A DNA stretch of 64,000 nt from Octopus vulgaris (GCA_951406725.2 OX597821.1:44206001-44270000); one strand, 5' to 3'. Counted from the first letter of the stretch, positions 1 through 13,229 are shown. The notes: generated by a model not told the origin, from the letters alone. Program-made: numbers and translations.

Positions 1-316
1 GTTGTAAACACACATTGAAAGAAGTAGCTCTCAGAAGACAAAATATAACACCAATTGACATATTTGCATTCATGTCTACCTGACTAAATACATTATACTT
101 TGAATTAGACATCCCTAAAAATCAACACTGTGGAAAAGAAATCTAACAAATATTGATAAAGAATTTCTCAAACTTGAATAATTCTCCACTGGAATTTTTA
201 AATGTCTTATAGAGTGGGAATTATCCTTGGTTAAGAATAAGGGCCTACAGCATTTAGCTGTAAATATCTACTACAAAGAACTAACTCATGTCTATTTATC
301 TGTAAGTACCTGCCAG

Positions 317-408
317 TTTAGCTATAAATAACCACTTCAAGGAACTACCCTTGCTCCTGCCTCTTTAGCTATAAATAACCACCTCAAGGAATTACCCTTG
401 CTACTGCC
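317..408 (+). repeat. Two-copy tandem duplication (45-bp match, 47-bp period)
   Basis: tttagctataaataaccac(t/c)tcaaggaa(c/t)tacccttgct(c/a)ctgcc at 317-361 and 364-408, 3 mismatches. Confidence 0.9.
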
Positions 409-1059
409 AAACCAGTGAAGGAACTTCTACATTATCATCAGAGCTGATATGGGATACACAGCAACAGCTGCTACTGTAATCAGCGGTGAATATGGTGGTA
501 CTTGTTGGAAAATATTTTGTTAACTTGGTTGAGCTTAAATCTTCTCAAGTTGATAAACCAGCTTAGTGGTAAAATCATTTTCAACATGTGAGATATGTTC
601 TTAACGGCTTAATACCATAAAATATTCCATCTACATCCAGAGACTTGAGTATATTTCAAATGAAAAAAATAAAGTTCTCTTCGTCATAACTGTAATATTA
701 TATAATCGTACATATTTTGTATTTCTGTTGAAATGTTGACATAGATTTCTTAGCAGGTTTTGTAAAGTTTGTTTTCCATAGTTTTGTGTGTTTTTTTGAG
801 TTTTCTTTGACAGTTTTTTAAGATTATATCCTGAAATATTTCCATATTATTATCTGGCAATATGTTCTCAGTTTTCCTCTTAAAAGCCCTGAATAATGGG
901 AAAACTGTGTATCATAAGCTAAAAATTCCTGTTAGTTAGTCTAATAAATTAATGCTTTTTAACAAAAAAGTACCTAATAGAAATGTTGAAAATTTCAGTT
1001 TTCCAAAATCCTCATTGTTGCCATCATGGTTGTTTTTGTCATTATCATCCTCATCATTA

Positions 1060-1420
1060 TCATTATCATCATTTCTTAACATCCATGTTCCATGTTGGCA
1101 TGGACTGAACAGTTTGACAGGATCTGCTTTGGCATGGTTTCTATAGCTGGATGTCCTTTCTGTCACCTGTTACTTTATAGCAGGTACTGTGTGTTTTTTT
1201 TCTTTTCATAGCTCCAGCACTAGTCAGGTTGCCATGCAGCTTGCAAGGATAATATCTCCTTAATGCTTTAGAGAAGTTGGTAGTTTTATACTAGGAGGTG
1301 AGAGGTTAAAGTATAAAAATAGGGATCAGAACAAAACAGGTTTCTTGCTGTGTAGGAGTGATGTGACACCTCACATCATAAAAGAGATGGAGGGAGTAAC
1401 CAGGCTGGAAAGTAAGATAA
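1060..1420 (-). mobile_element. Decayed RTE-3'UTR-type retroposon fragment
   Basis: The reverse complement ends ccatgccaacatggaacatggatgttaagaaatgatgat, the same tail as the RTE at 23950 and the element at 47360. Confidence 0.55.
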
Positions 1421-1721
1421 AATAGAGGTGAGGAGGTGTCAGGGAGGACCCTCAAGAGTTCAAGGTAGAAGAAATAAGTGGAGGGACAGACAAACAGTGT
1501 ATGTTGGTGGATAAAGGTTGTGTGTATAGGGAAAGTGAGGTGTGGTTAGAGATGGGATGAGGGGATGAATATAACGAATGAAGAACAAAGGTTGTGGAAT
1601 GATAAAATATGTTTGAGTCTATGATTATGGTAAAAATAAATATTTCAGCTAATCCCATCAATTTATTTATTTTAATTTTAGATCTTAGGATTTTGGTTCA
1701 TCTCCATATTTATTAATAAAT

Positions 1722-2412
1722 CATCATGTGCATGGTGAATAGCAAGAAAACAGTGATGTGCATATTTATTCTCAATACATTCCTGCAGATTAAAATGGGA
1801 ATATACAAATTGCTGTTGTATTTTATTGTTGGAGAACAACTTCTCCTTTCAGACAAATGCATGTTCATTACACTCTTCATTTATTGGGGTAAGGAGTTTT
1901 TGGGACACAAGTGTTTCAACTTTGTGTATGTCCCCTCAGTCAAAGCTACCTGCATTAATAAATCTAACAAAAGTTTTGGCTCTTGTTTATAGGGTTCATC
2001 AAACTAGTTATTTGCTGATATATGCTGATGTATGTTGATGTCTGCCAACTGATAATATACCATCATATGTGCAGGGAACAGTGAGAATCAAACAATGGCA
2101 TACATATTTATTCTTAATACATTCTGACGGATTCAAATGTGAAATTGCTGTTGTATTTTGTCATTAGAGAATAACTTTTCTTTTGAGATGAATGTGTGTT
2201 CATAACCCTCTCAGTTCACTGGGGTAAGACAACTACAAGATACTGGAGTTTCAACCTTGTGTGTCTCCTCAGCCAAAGCTACCCTGCACCAATGAATCAA
2301 ACAAGTGTTTTGGCTCTTAAGATTCAGCAATCAAATTATTTGCATATGTATTCTGAATTATGCCAATGTTTGCATACATCATCATGTGCATGGTGAACTA
2401 ATTCTCAATATG
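1722..2412 (+). repeat. Degenerate tandem repeat, about 320-340-bp unit, 2 copies plus the start of a third
   Basis: Units start catcat(a)tgtgca at 1722, 2061 and 2380. Colinear motifs recur: catatttattct(c/t)aatacattc, aaattgctgttgtatttt, caaagctacc, gttttggctctt. Confidence 0.8.
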
Positions 2413-2424
2413 TTCCAGAAAAAT

Positions 2425-2640
2425 AAGGCACCAAGCTGGCTGAATTGTTAGCATGCTGGGCAAAATGCTTTGTAGCAGTTCGCCACTCTTACATTCTGAG
2501 TTCAAATCTTGCTGGGGTTGATTTTGCATTTCATCCTTTCAGGGTTGATAAAATAAATACTAGTTGAGGAATGGGGTCGATGTAAGTGACAAAGCCCCAC
2601 CCTCCAAAGTGCAGGCCTTGTGCCAAAAATTGAAATCAGT
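2425..2640 (+). mobile_element. tRNA-derived SINE family A (aaggcggcgagctggcagaa... head), diverged copy
   Basis: Matches other copies: agctggc..gttagca, B-box-like gagttcaaat, tttcatccttt, ggggtcgat, tail ggccttgtgccaaaa.ttgaaa. Confidence 0.8.
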
Positions 2641-2920
2641 GTGTTTCAGTAAATTTGAATGTGAACGTGTTAATGATTGATGTATTTTGTCATGAAGAAT
2701 ATTCTCGTTCAAATCTGCCAGAACATACTAACACTGAATGTATATGATGTCATCCATAGCTTATTGCTTGTTATAAAATATTTACATGCAACATTCTATC
2801 ATAAAACCAGTTCTTAATTCCAATTTATAGAGGAAGTTGGTAGACAAGAGATATAAACTTCTATGTGCTGTATGTAACAGCAATATATCTCAAGTAACTT
2901 TCCCTCAAGATCTGATATAC

Positions 2921-2987
2921 TTTCTTCTTCTTCTTCTTCTTCTTCTTCTTCTTCTTCTTCTTCTTTCTTGTTGTTGTTGTTGTTGTT

Positions 2988-3075
<88 letters not shown>

Positions 3076-3080
3076 TCCTT

Positions 3081-3159
<79 letters not shown>

Positions 3160-3211
3160 TCCTCCTCCTTCTTCTTCTTCTACTTCTTCTTCTCCTCCTC
3201 CTCCTCCTCCA
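2921..3211. repeat. Compound trinucleotide microsatellite (TTC)(TTG)(TTC)(TTA)(TTC)(TTA)(CTC)
   Basis: Directly visible. It produces the spurious ORFs at 2837 and 2968. Confidence 0.97.
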
Positions 3212-4074
3212 CTTGTAGATAAACTGAGTTATATACTTTACTTATAGACTCCACGAAATACCTTCAGTCTACTGGAACTCGCATCCTATAATGCAAGAGT
3301 TCAATATTTTCCATCTCACTTCTTATATATTGTCAAAATTTTTTTTTCTTAATGTTTCTTTTTCCTGTTTTTGCGTTGTTTCTGTTGTTTCTTTCTTCAT
3401 AGCAAAACTTTGCCATGTGAAATAGTTCGTTATCTAAGCTAATTACTTCTCTACACTGTGCTCATGTGAACTATATTGTTCCAGGGACACTATTGCTGTT
3501 ACTATGGACACCCTTAATGTTACTATTGTTGCCGTGGGCACCGTTGCAGCCATATTCTCTCAACTATTTACTCCTTGTTTTCATTGTGTAAAGAACTGTA
3601 CTTCACAGAGAAAGGAGAAAAAAGAAATGGTGGCGATGGAGGGGAACAAACTAGACAAAAGGAATACAAAATAAATACATAAATAAAATAAAGTGTCAGG
3701 GCATCTCTAAGGTAAAATGGTGGACTGAATTGATTATGGAGAGAATGACTCCATCTACAATTTTTATATCAGCCATTTTCATGATGGAAAAACAAAAATA
3801 TAAATATATTTATCATAAATAATTCTTATAGTCTTTCTCTTATATTTTTCTTTTCTTTGTGTTTCATATATTTTGTGTTTTCACTTTTTATCTATTTTCG
3901 TTTTCTTTTGTTTTTCTCTCTTTTATTTTATTCATTTATTTGTTTATTTTTTTGTCATTTTGCAATTACGTTTCCGATTCTTCTTCGTTCTGTGCAGCAA
4001 TGTCTGTAATTTTTGTATCAATTTCTTGTCTTCCATGTTGCTGTCAATTGATTTTTCATTGGCTTTCTCCCCCC

Positions 4075-4117
4075 TCCACCCTCTCTCTCTTTTTATCTCT
4101 CTTTCTCTCTCTCTCTA

Positions 4118-4164
<47 letters not shown>

Positions 4165-4350
4165 TTGTGATAGATTTCCTCTAACTTAGCTACTTTTTAT
4201 TTACTAGGATATGGAGCATTGTACGGCAGAGTGTATGTATGTGTGTGTGTGTGTATGTGTATGTATATATACGTGTATGTGTGAATGTGTATGACATGTA
4301 TACATGAAAGTATATATGCATGCATGTATGTAACTGTATGTACATGTGTA

Positions 4351-4389
<39 letters not shown>

Positions 4390-4527
4390 TTTATATGTAC
4401 ATGTGTATGTGTATGCATGAAAGTATGTATGCATGTATGTATATGTATGCAGGTATGAGTGAATGCATGCATGTGTTTATATGTATGTATGTCTGATTGT
4501 ACACATGTGTGTATGTGTATATATATA

Positions 4528-4597
<70 letters not shown>

Positions 4598-4672
4598 TGT
4601 ATGTGCATGTATATATGTATGCTATGCTATTGTTTGAGTATGAAAGTGTGCAAGTATGTATGTATGTACGTA
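4075..4672. repeat. Compound (CT)n/(GT)n/(GA)n/(TA)n/(GTAT)n microsatellite block
   Basis: Directly visible. Confidence 0.95.
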
Positions 4673-5266
4673 TGTATTCTATTCTTGTGATATGTTACCA
4701 CCAACATACTACGTGAGAACAGTCTACATCATTGTCAACCACTGAAGCGAATCCATTTCTCGTTAAGTTTTCTTTCGGAGTATTTTATACCAATTCCTTA
4801 ATTATTATTTTTATTTTAATATTAATCATTAAGATCATATTTCCAATTTGAATTCTTTTATTTTTTTAATTTCATTACTTTACTCTTATAACAATATATT
4901 TCTTTTTTTGGTTTTGTTTCAATTCTCTGAAATTTGTATTACTCTACTTAATACTAATATATAAAAAAAAATATCGATTTTTTTTTTTCCTCATATAAAG
5001 GGCAGGGTTTCAGATTTATAGGGTGGGGGAGCAGGAGGGAGGGAGAGAGAGAGATAGTGAGGAAGAGACAGAGGCATACAGAGATTTTGACAGTGCCATA
5101 TTTCTTGAGAGTATTTTCAACATAAGTAAAATGAGCTGCAACTATTTTTGCTTCGCCAGAAGATCATCTTATGTACTACAGGAATAATCACTAATATATC
5201 AGTAATATAATAGTAATAATAATAATAATAATAATGGTGATGATGATCTTGATGATGATGATGATT

Positions 5267-5304
<38 letters not shown>

Positions 5305-5335
5305 AAAGAAATCATCATCATCATCATCATCATTA

Positions 5336-5892
5336 TCAGGTGAGAGAGCAGTGCATACCATCAAAGTGACACTGGGGTAAAATATACAAAGCCCAGTACA
5401 CCCATCATGATCACCCGTCTGATAAGGGTACATCAGGCACATGCATCACAACCATATGTGCGCAACATGGTGATCTCATATCAAGATAAACAGTGCATGA
5501 CCTTGCTGATGGGGCCCAGTTAGAATTTTCTTCAGGTCGAGTAGCCCATCCTGCTCAAAAGGTCCCTGAATAAAGGTTGTTTAAGGATGTTGAACAAAGC
5601 ACCCATGTTTCCAAAGGTGAATTATCCAAACCCCAAAGAATTCCTCTCAATACATGGCTATGATGCTTCTCCAACTACTTCTGCTCATGATCAGAGATGC
5701 GCATATTGTCATCCACCAAGGGACATGCTCAACTGGTTTAGATCAAACAACTGACAAACAAATCTGTGTTAGAGAACAGGATATTTCTGTAGCCAATCTT
5801 TTATACCAAGACAAAATATATACATGATAACACTTCTAATCAGTTAAGATCAGAAACCTTGAGAGCCACTGTCTGGTACTGCATCAGGACAT
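5336..5892 (+). mobile_element. Unclassified ~560-bp interspersed repeat embedded in (ATC/ATT)n, probably a retroposon 3' portion
   Basis: Complex sequence sharply bounded by (GAT/ATC)n at 5208-5335 and (ATC)(ATT)n at 5893-6007; ends ggtactgcatcaggacatttattatt. No ORF. Confidence 0.4.
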
Positions 5893-5900
5893 TTATTATT

Positions 5901-6000
<100 letters not shown>

Positions 6001-6007
6001 GTATTAT

Positions 6008-6225
6008 TGGCGAGCTGGCAGAATCAGCATACTGGGCAAAATATTTAGTGGCATTTCGTCCGTTTTTTTACATTCTCAGTTCAAATTCCACAAAGGTCAA
6101 CCTTGTCTTTCATCCTTTCCGGGTCAACAAAATAAGTACCAGTTGAGCACTGGGGTTACTGTGATCGACTTACCCACTTCCCCTAAATTGCTGACCTTGT
6201 AACATAAATTTTAAACAATCATTAT
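6008..6225 (+). mobile_element. SINE family A copy
   Basis: ggcgagctggcagaatc...cagttcaaattcc...tttcatcctttc...aaataagtaccagttgagcactgggg; starts right after (ATT)n. Confidence 0.85.
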
Positions 6226-6777
6226 TGTTGTTGTTGTTGTTATCAATATTATCATAGTCCAAGGAAATGGGTTGGCAGAATCATTAGAGCATCAGAGAAG
6301 AATGGTGCCTGGTACCTCTTCCAGTTCAAATCCCACCAAACCAACTTAGACTGTCATCACTCAGACAATAAAATAAAACACCAGTCATGAACTAAGGTGG
6401 ATCTTATCAACTAAGCTCTACTCTTGAAATTGCTGGCTTTGTGTCTGAATTAGAAACATTATTATTATCATTAAATATGACTGCCCATATTTGTTTCAAT
6501 AGAAGGTATGCCATATGGCTTCCCCACATGTTGGTACTGCAGTTGATGTGCCACATGGTTATCCCATCTGTTGGTACTGTGGTAAATGATAAATTGGGGA
6601 TCACAACCAGAAATGTTGGGATGTTAACCGTTATTTGTCATTAACTTTGGGATACAGGAATACAAGCAGGGGCTGGGTACTGACTTAATCTGCAGAAACA
6701 TGTGGTTAGGTGGGTTCTGCATGGCCACCTAGGTCTTGATTCTTCCACCCCAATGATCTCAATATTCCTTTCTAGTA

Positions 6778-6981
6778 TAGGCACAAGGCTTGAAATTTTG
6801 GTGGATGGGGATAATCAGTTACATCAACCCCAGTGCTCAACTGGTACTTATCTTTTATTGACCCCAAAAGAATGAAAGGCAAAGTCAACCTCAGCAGAAC
6901 TTCAACTCAGAACATAAACATGGACAAAATGTCACTAAGCATTTTACCCAGCATGCTAGTGATTCTCCAGCTCACTGCCTT
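6778..6981 (-). mobile_element. SINE family A copy (minus)
   Basis: Reverse complement begins aaggcagtgagctggagaatc and ends aaaatttcaagccttgtgc. Confidence 0.85.
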
Positions 6982-7479
6982 AAATGATTTCAATATTAAC
7001 CCAAATTTATATCCCACTGATAGGGTGGAGAGAGGGAGTCAGTTAGGTGGTCTAGGCAGGGAAGAAGATCCAGTTGCTACATATTTGTTTTGGTACTGAT
7101 AAGGGACATGTTAGGGCTTTTTGCCGAGTAGAAAAATATAAAAAGAAAGGAAGCTGACATTAGCAGAGACAGCAACAACAGTAGGCCTCTGAGGAGAAGA
7201 CACTATTACTACTACTACTGCTGCTATTACTGCAGCTATTGTTCACACAGAGTCACCCGTCACGGTTGCAATGACAACCAGAGTGGAGGCAGAGACAGTT
7301 GAAATCCCTTCATCAAGGTTTAATGAGGTGGAAAATTAAAGAGTAAGTCGTTTCTTATTCCATCAGAATTGGTCAGGGGCTCTGAACAGCTGTTTTACTC
7401 TTAGGGAGAAGCTAGAGACAAGAGAAAGGTGTGAAACCATTGAAGACAGTAAGAAAGGCAATGAGGGGTTAAAAACATT

Positions 7480-7800
7480 AATACCAGAGTAAAGGTAAGT
7501 AGGAGGTTGGAAGTTCCCATTTTGAAGAAACACCAAACCCTCCAGAATGTATGAAGTTCTTCAGTAGTTTGAAAGAAAACTACTAAGAATCAAGTGGAAC
7601 TGCTCAAGAAGGAAAAAAGATGGACAGAAGAAATGATGCACTGATTGGTAAGGACCAACTGGTGATCAATATTAAAATCCCTAGAATGACAGATGATTGA
7701 GGGAAATGACACTAACTGTCTATAATATAGAGCAGGTGTGTGGAAACCATTTTCAAGAAGTATGCCCCAAGAGACATGACTCACCATCATGCTCATCCTC
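7480..7800 (+). mobile_element. Possible decayed gag-like/ORF1 remnant of a LINE
   Basis: Broken frames give IEG..CL followed by CGNHFQEVCP, loosely like a CCHC zinc knuckle. Many stops; weak. Confidence 0.25.
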
Positions 7801-7870
7801 AAACTCAACATCAGATTGCACTATTAAAATACTCTACTAAAAAAAGGCAATTTTTTTGTTAGGCTTGCTT

Positions 7871-7935
7871 GTCCCACCCATGCCAGCATGGAAAACGGAC
7901 GTTAAAGGATGATGATGATGATGAAGATGATGCTA
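7871..7935 (+). mobile_element. RTE-type 3' tail
   Basis: cccatgccagcatggaaaacggacgttaaaggatgatgatgat. Confidence 0.75.
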
Positions 7936-8332
7936 TTCAGAAAGTGCCACGTGCTGCACACAATCTGCAAGCTGCAGTTTACACATGACTGATATATAGC
8001 TGCCAAAGTTACTCCCTTTGAGAATGAAGGAGTTTTTCAGTTTCAATCAAAAATACTCATGACGCAATTCAGGAGACTCATTGTACAGTCGACCACTGTC
8101 ATGGCGTGTCCTGATATTATCTAAGAAGTGGTTTTTATCCTATTTGTAGCTAAAATGTCTTCAGGTGTTTTACTTAATTTTTTATCTGCCATAATGTATT
8201 GTATCACACTTTTGCACCACCCACTCATTTATTATAGATGTATATTCCCCTATTTGCTTTTGTATGAAACATTTAGACCCTTTCATCATCATTATTATCA
8301 TCATCATCAACAGTAGCAGCAACAACAACAAA

Positions 8333-8985
8333 GGAGCGAGCTGGCAGAATCGCTAGCATACCTGACAAGATGCTTAGAATCAGGTGCCATTAAGGTTGAC
8401 TGCTTTTCATCGTTTTGGGGTTGATGTGGTTGACTAGCACCATCTCCCGAAATTTCAGGCCTTATGCTTATAGTAGAAAGGATTATCATTTTCATTAAAC
8501 ATTGGTGGTTAATAAAGAAATCATTAATATTGTTATTGTTGTTGTCATCGTTGTCACCATCATTATCATTGTCATCTTCATCAATAACAAAGGCGTAAGC
8601 TAGCAGAATTTTCAGTGTATTGGACAAAACGCTTAGCATTTCTTTTGGCCTTTTACATTCTGAAGTCAAATCCACTGAGGCTTTTCAATGCTTTTCATTC
8701 TTTTGGGGTTAATAAAATAAAATAGCAATCAAACAGATCATTACATTGACTACAGTCAATGTAATCTACTTGTCTCCTTCCATTCAAATTGCTGCAAAAC
8801 TGCTTAGCAACATTTCTTCTGGCCTTTTACATTCTGAGTTCAAATTCCACTGAGATTAATTTTGCCTTTCATCTTTTTGTGGTTGATAAAATAAGTACCA
8901 GTTGAACTCCAGGGTTAATGTAATTAACTTTTTCCCTCCCCTAAAATCACTGGCCTTGTGCAAATATTTAAATCCATTATTATTA
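8333..8985 (+). mobile_element. Cluster of three diverged SINE family A copies
   Basis: Heads or bodies near 8333, 8593 and 8795, with repeated ggccttttacattctgag.tcaaat(t)ccactgag. Confidence 0.75.
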
Positions 8986-9225
8986 AACTGTCAACTGAGA
9001 TTTCAGTTTTACTTTTACTGTATTCTTGGCATTAAAGTCTGGTAATTCCCTCCAGACATCTAACTGCGATTGGTGAGGTGGTGATGGAGTGGACATCAAT
9101 TGTTAGAATATAATGATATTAATTAAATCAATCAAATATCAAATAATGGGAAAAAATAATTAAAAACATTTCTTTCTACGGATATCAGTTTGAATACATT
9201 TCCTGAGATACTCCAGTATAACTTA

Positions 9226-9410
9226 CGGTTAACCAATATTCCTTAACACTAGAGTTAACCAGTTCTCCTTAGTGCAACAGGTAACCAATACTTCTTAACA
9301 CTACAGTTAACCAATCCTTCCTAACTCTAGATTTAACCAATACTCCTTCTGTGGTACTAAATTTCACCAATAGTTGTCACCAGTTCTGAAGTTAACCAGT
9401 ATTCCTCAAA
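9226..9410 (+). repeat. Degenerate ~26-bp minisatellite
   Basis: About 6 units of consensus ta(g/c)agttaaccaatattccttaacac. Confidence 0.8.
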
Positions 9411-9661
9411 TGAGCCAAAAATATGAAGTGAATGAAGGGACAAAACTTTCACAAAACTACAAATTTCCTATTAAAATAAAATATAACTCCTTCATTTCTT
9501 CCTCTTCCCTTTTGTGTTGTTTTATTTTTTCCAAATATACTCCAGGCACATTTAGTAAATTTTGGTTTCAAATTATTCAATGCTCTAATTTGAACATTAC
9601 TTAATAAAGTACTCCTCTGTGATTTAGTATACTTCTTTTGTAAATATTAACTAAATTCTGG

Positions 9662-9895
9662 ACCTCCTCCTCCTCCTTTTCCTCATCATCCTCTTCCTCA
9701 CTTCATCATCCTCTTCATCCTCATCTTCATTTTCATTTTCATGCTCCTCTTCATCCTCACCTTCATCTTCACCTTCATCCTCATCTTCATCATCATCTTC
9801 ATCCTCACCTTCATCCTCATCTTCATCATCATCATCATCCTCTTTATCATCCTCTTCCTCGTCGTCGTCATCATCATCATCATCACTATCATTAC
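9662..9895. repeat. (CATCCT/CATCTT/CAT)n low-complexity tract
   Basis: Directly visible; reads as poly-Asp/Glu on the minus strand. Confidence 0.9.
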
Positions 9896-10575
9896 TGATA
9901 GTGTGTTGTTTTGGGACAACTCCCTTTGATCTGACTTTGATCTCTAAGATTTTGATCCATCGTTATTTCATATAGCTCTGTGCACCTCTCTCTCTTCACT
10001 TCCCATCATCTCATTAATTTCTCAAACGAAACAGACCAGTGACCCTAATTTTCCAAGGTTCCCTGCTCCAACACTAAAAGATACGGTTAAATGCTGAGGT
10101 TTGTATAGTTAATGTTTAGCTGATTAATTAATTAATTATGAGGTAAATCAATCAGTTGATCACAGGAATTAATGTGTAGCAGTTCTACTGATTATTTGCA
10201 CATGAAGCAAGTGTCATCTACTTGCCTTGCTGGAATTTATGAGGCCAATCAGTATATTAGAAATGGCAGCTAGATGAAGCTCAAATCATAATTCCCTATC
10301 TTACAAAACAGATCATGAGAGTTAACATATCTCTTGATAATTCTAAAGGAATGGTCATGCTGGAATGCTTTTGACCAAAGGTTGCTTGATCATTGTTCAC
10401 TAAACAGATGCTAGCAACACTCACAGATGAATTTGAACTCACACCACAATCACACAAACCACTTGTGCATTTTAGAGTGCAGTTGATGCTTAGAGCAGTA
10501 AGTTTTCCCCTGCTCTATAGTACCAAGATAGACTGGGCTAGTTGAGTGCTAAGATACTTGGTCATTAAGCCATTT

Positions 10576-11530
10576 GGGATCTGTCCTGGGCCCAACTTTG
10601 TATCAATGATCTGCCTGATCATATCATCTGTCAGCTAGTAATCTATACTGTTGACTCTACTTTGTACTCTTGTTTGGACAAATCTGATGACTTGTCTGAT
10701 AAGATTGAGATCACTGCTAATCTTGAGAATGATCTTCGATCTCTTGTTGAGTGGGGTAGGAAATGGCTTGTAACACCCAGTCCATTGAAAATTAAACTTC
10801 TTTCAATTAATCGCTTCAATTAATTCTTTCTTGCCATCGCTTTTGGTGGATGATATTGACTTACCTGAGCGTCAGTCTCTTCGTCTCCTAGGAGTGACTT
10901 TCTGTAATGACTTTCATGGAGGACTTGCATTGAATCTGTTGACAAATCAGCTGCAATTAAGATAGACCCACTCCTTTGTTTGAGGAGTTAACTCACTCCT
11001 GAGACTATTCTTTATCTTCAAAAGTTCACCATTGAGTACTGTTATCACATATGGGCAGGTGCCCCTGTGGATTGTTTAACTCTGTTGGACCACATTCAGC
11101 GCCGTATTTGTAATGCTATTGGTCCTGATCTATCTTCTAAATTAGATTCACTCTCTCATCATTGTCATGTGGCTTCCTTGTCTCTTTTCTATAAGTATTT
11201 CCATGGACATTGTTCAGCTGAGCTCTCTTCTCTGGTTCCGCCTTTAAGAACTTATCAGCGATCAACTAGACTTGCATCCAGTATACTGTGCAACCTCCTA
11301 AGTGTTGTAAAGTACTTTACAGTACCATTTTCTTCCCTTGCACCCCTGAACTTTCGAATTCCCTTCCACAGTCTTCTTTTCCTTGACAATATGACCTCTA
11401 GTCTTTTAAGTCTAATGTACAACATCACCTATTGACTTCTGTCTAGCATCCATTTTATTCCAGTATCTCTTATGTTTTCAGTCGTTTAAGGACCTTGTAA
11501 CAAACAAATGCTTAAGAAAAAAAAAAAGAA
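10576..11530 (+). mobile_element. Decayed CR1-clade (Zenon-like) LINE, RT C-terminal half to 3' end
   Basis: Translates GSVLGPT..INDLPD..VIYTVDSTLY..LVEWGRKWLV, then IEYCYHIWAGAP..LDHIQRR..LSHHCHVASLSLFYKYFHGHCSAELSSLVP; frameshifts; A-rich end near 11515. Confidence 0.85.
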
Positions 11531-11835
11531 AGCTAGGAGAGAATTCTAGAGGGATGACATTCTGAGAAAAAAGGGATTGTTTCGTGAGGAATCTTTAGAG
11601 GGAGTCACATGTAAAGGTGGGCATAGGGATTGGGCTTAGGTTCATGCTGGTGTAATAATCTCACTCCTTGCACATATTAACCAGCACATTAGATACTCTG
11701 TCACTTTATCAAATTTATGATCACATTGTCACCCAATGTCTAATATAACATCACTGAAGTCATACACAAATATTTTTCCGGGTGGCACACACATATGCAC
11801 ATATGCAAACATGCACTCACATACACACATAGACA

Positions 11836-11880
<45 letters not shown>

Positions 11881-12059
11881 CATGTAATTACAAACCATGC
11901 ATCAGTTTTCTCGTGCCTATCTCTTATAGATTTTATCATGAGTTTTAACATTTTTTCTATTAGTATATCCCAAAATAACCAAAATTGATAAAAATTTTGT
12001 AAAAAATATTCCCTCCAATCTTATAGCATTTACATTTATCGGTCATAATGTTTTATTCT

Positions 12060-12472
12060 TTTATACTCCTTTACTCTTTTATTTGTTTCAGTCATCTTGA
12101 CTGCAGCCATGCTGGAGCACTGCTTTTGAGTTGAAAAAAATCAACCCCCAGAACTTATCCTTTGTAAACCTAGTATTTATTCTATTAGTCTCTTTTGCCA
12201 AACTGCTAAGTTACCGGGACATAAACACATGAACATCAGTTGTCAAGTGATGATGGGTGTGGGAACACAAACATGGACACACAAACATATAGATATAAAT
12301 ATATATATACAACAGGCTTCTTTCAGTTTCTGTCTACCAAATTCACTCACAAGACTTTGGTCGGCCCGAAGCTATAACAGAAGATACTTGCCTGAGGTGC
12401 CACATAGTGGGACTGAACCCAGAACCATGTGGTTGGTAACCAAGCTTACCACACAGCCACTCCTACACCTAT
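12060..12472 (-). mobile_element. tRNA-derived SINE family B (ggagtggctgtgtggtaag... head; CORE-like ttgggcaag; internal TA/TG tract)
   Basis: Full-length reverse-complement match to the copy at 40441; tail gactgaaacaaataaaagagtaaa. Confidence 0.9.
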
Positions 12473-12501
12473 ATTACATATAAAACCTATAATGTTTTAT
12501 A

Positions 12502-12843
12502 ATAGGCATAGGAGTGGCTGTGGCACCTTGGGCAAGTGTCTTCTACTATAGCCTCAGGCCAACCAAAGCCTTGTGAGTGGATTTGGCAGACGGAAACTGA
12601 AAGAAGCCCCTCGTATATATGTATATATATATATATATATGCATGTGTGTGTGTCTGTGTTTGTTTCCCCAACATTGCCTGACAACTGATGGTGGTGTGT
12701 TTACGTCCCCATAATTTAGCGGTTCAGCAAAAGAGACTGATAGAATAAGTACTAGGCTTACAAAGAATAAGTTCTGGGGTTGATCTGCTCAACTAAAGGC
12801 GATGCTCCAGGATGGCCACAGTCAATTGACTGAAACAAGTAAA
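12502..12843 (+). mobile_element. SINE family B with most of the tRNA-like head deleted
   Basis: ggagtggctgtg joins directly to gcaccttgggcaag; the rest is colinear with the 40441 copy. Confidence 0.9.
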
Positions 12844-12869
12844 CATTATTATTGTATAGGATAAAGATC

Positions 12870-13143
12870 CTTCCCGAGTCATATAGACTTATGAGGGCTG
12901 GTTTCCCAGTTTCCAGGGTGTATATATTCATCACCTGGATGGGACACCAGTCCATCACAACATTACTTTTTGCCAACTGAGTGGAGTGGAGCAACATGAA
13001 GTGAAGTGTTTTGCTCAAGAGCACAATGTGTTCGCCTACATGAGACAAAGTGTTTTGCTCTAAAACACAGCATGTCACCTGGTCCAGGAATCGAAACCAC
13101 AATCTTACGATCCTGTGTCCAACACCGAAACCACTGAGTCATG
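12870..13143 (-). mobile_element. tRNA-derived SINE family C
   Basis: Reverse complement has A/B-box-like tgactcagtgg...ggtttcgattcc, tgtgttcttgagcaaaacactt, and gtgatggactggtgtcccatccagg (resembles V/Meta-SINE central motif, from memory). Confidence 0.7.
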
Positions 13144-13229
13144 AAAACTTCGCTATTACTGTATATTCAAACTAATATTTAAATAACACAGTTTTAGGAT
13201 TGGTATTAATAACTAGATATTCACAAAAG

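Noticed and set aside
3484-3650. Open frame after ttccag (DTIAVTMDTLNVTIVAVGTVAA...)
   Set aside because: Built from a short degenerate tandem (gacac...gttactat); no convincing donor.
6503-6505. 3-nt micro-exon pattern tttcaatag|AAG|gtatgc
   Set aside because: Expected by chance in 64 kb of AT-rich DNA; no independent support.
8150-8164. 15-nt micro-exon pattern tatttgtag|CTAAAATGTCTTCAG|gtgttt
   Set aside because: Weak donor; cannot be told apart from chance without RNA data.
9662-9960. Minus-strand poly-Asp/Glu reading that looks like an acidic protein tract
   Set aside because: No start or good acceptor, the frame slips into a basic run, and similar (GAT/GAA)n tracts are common here.
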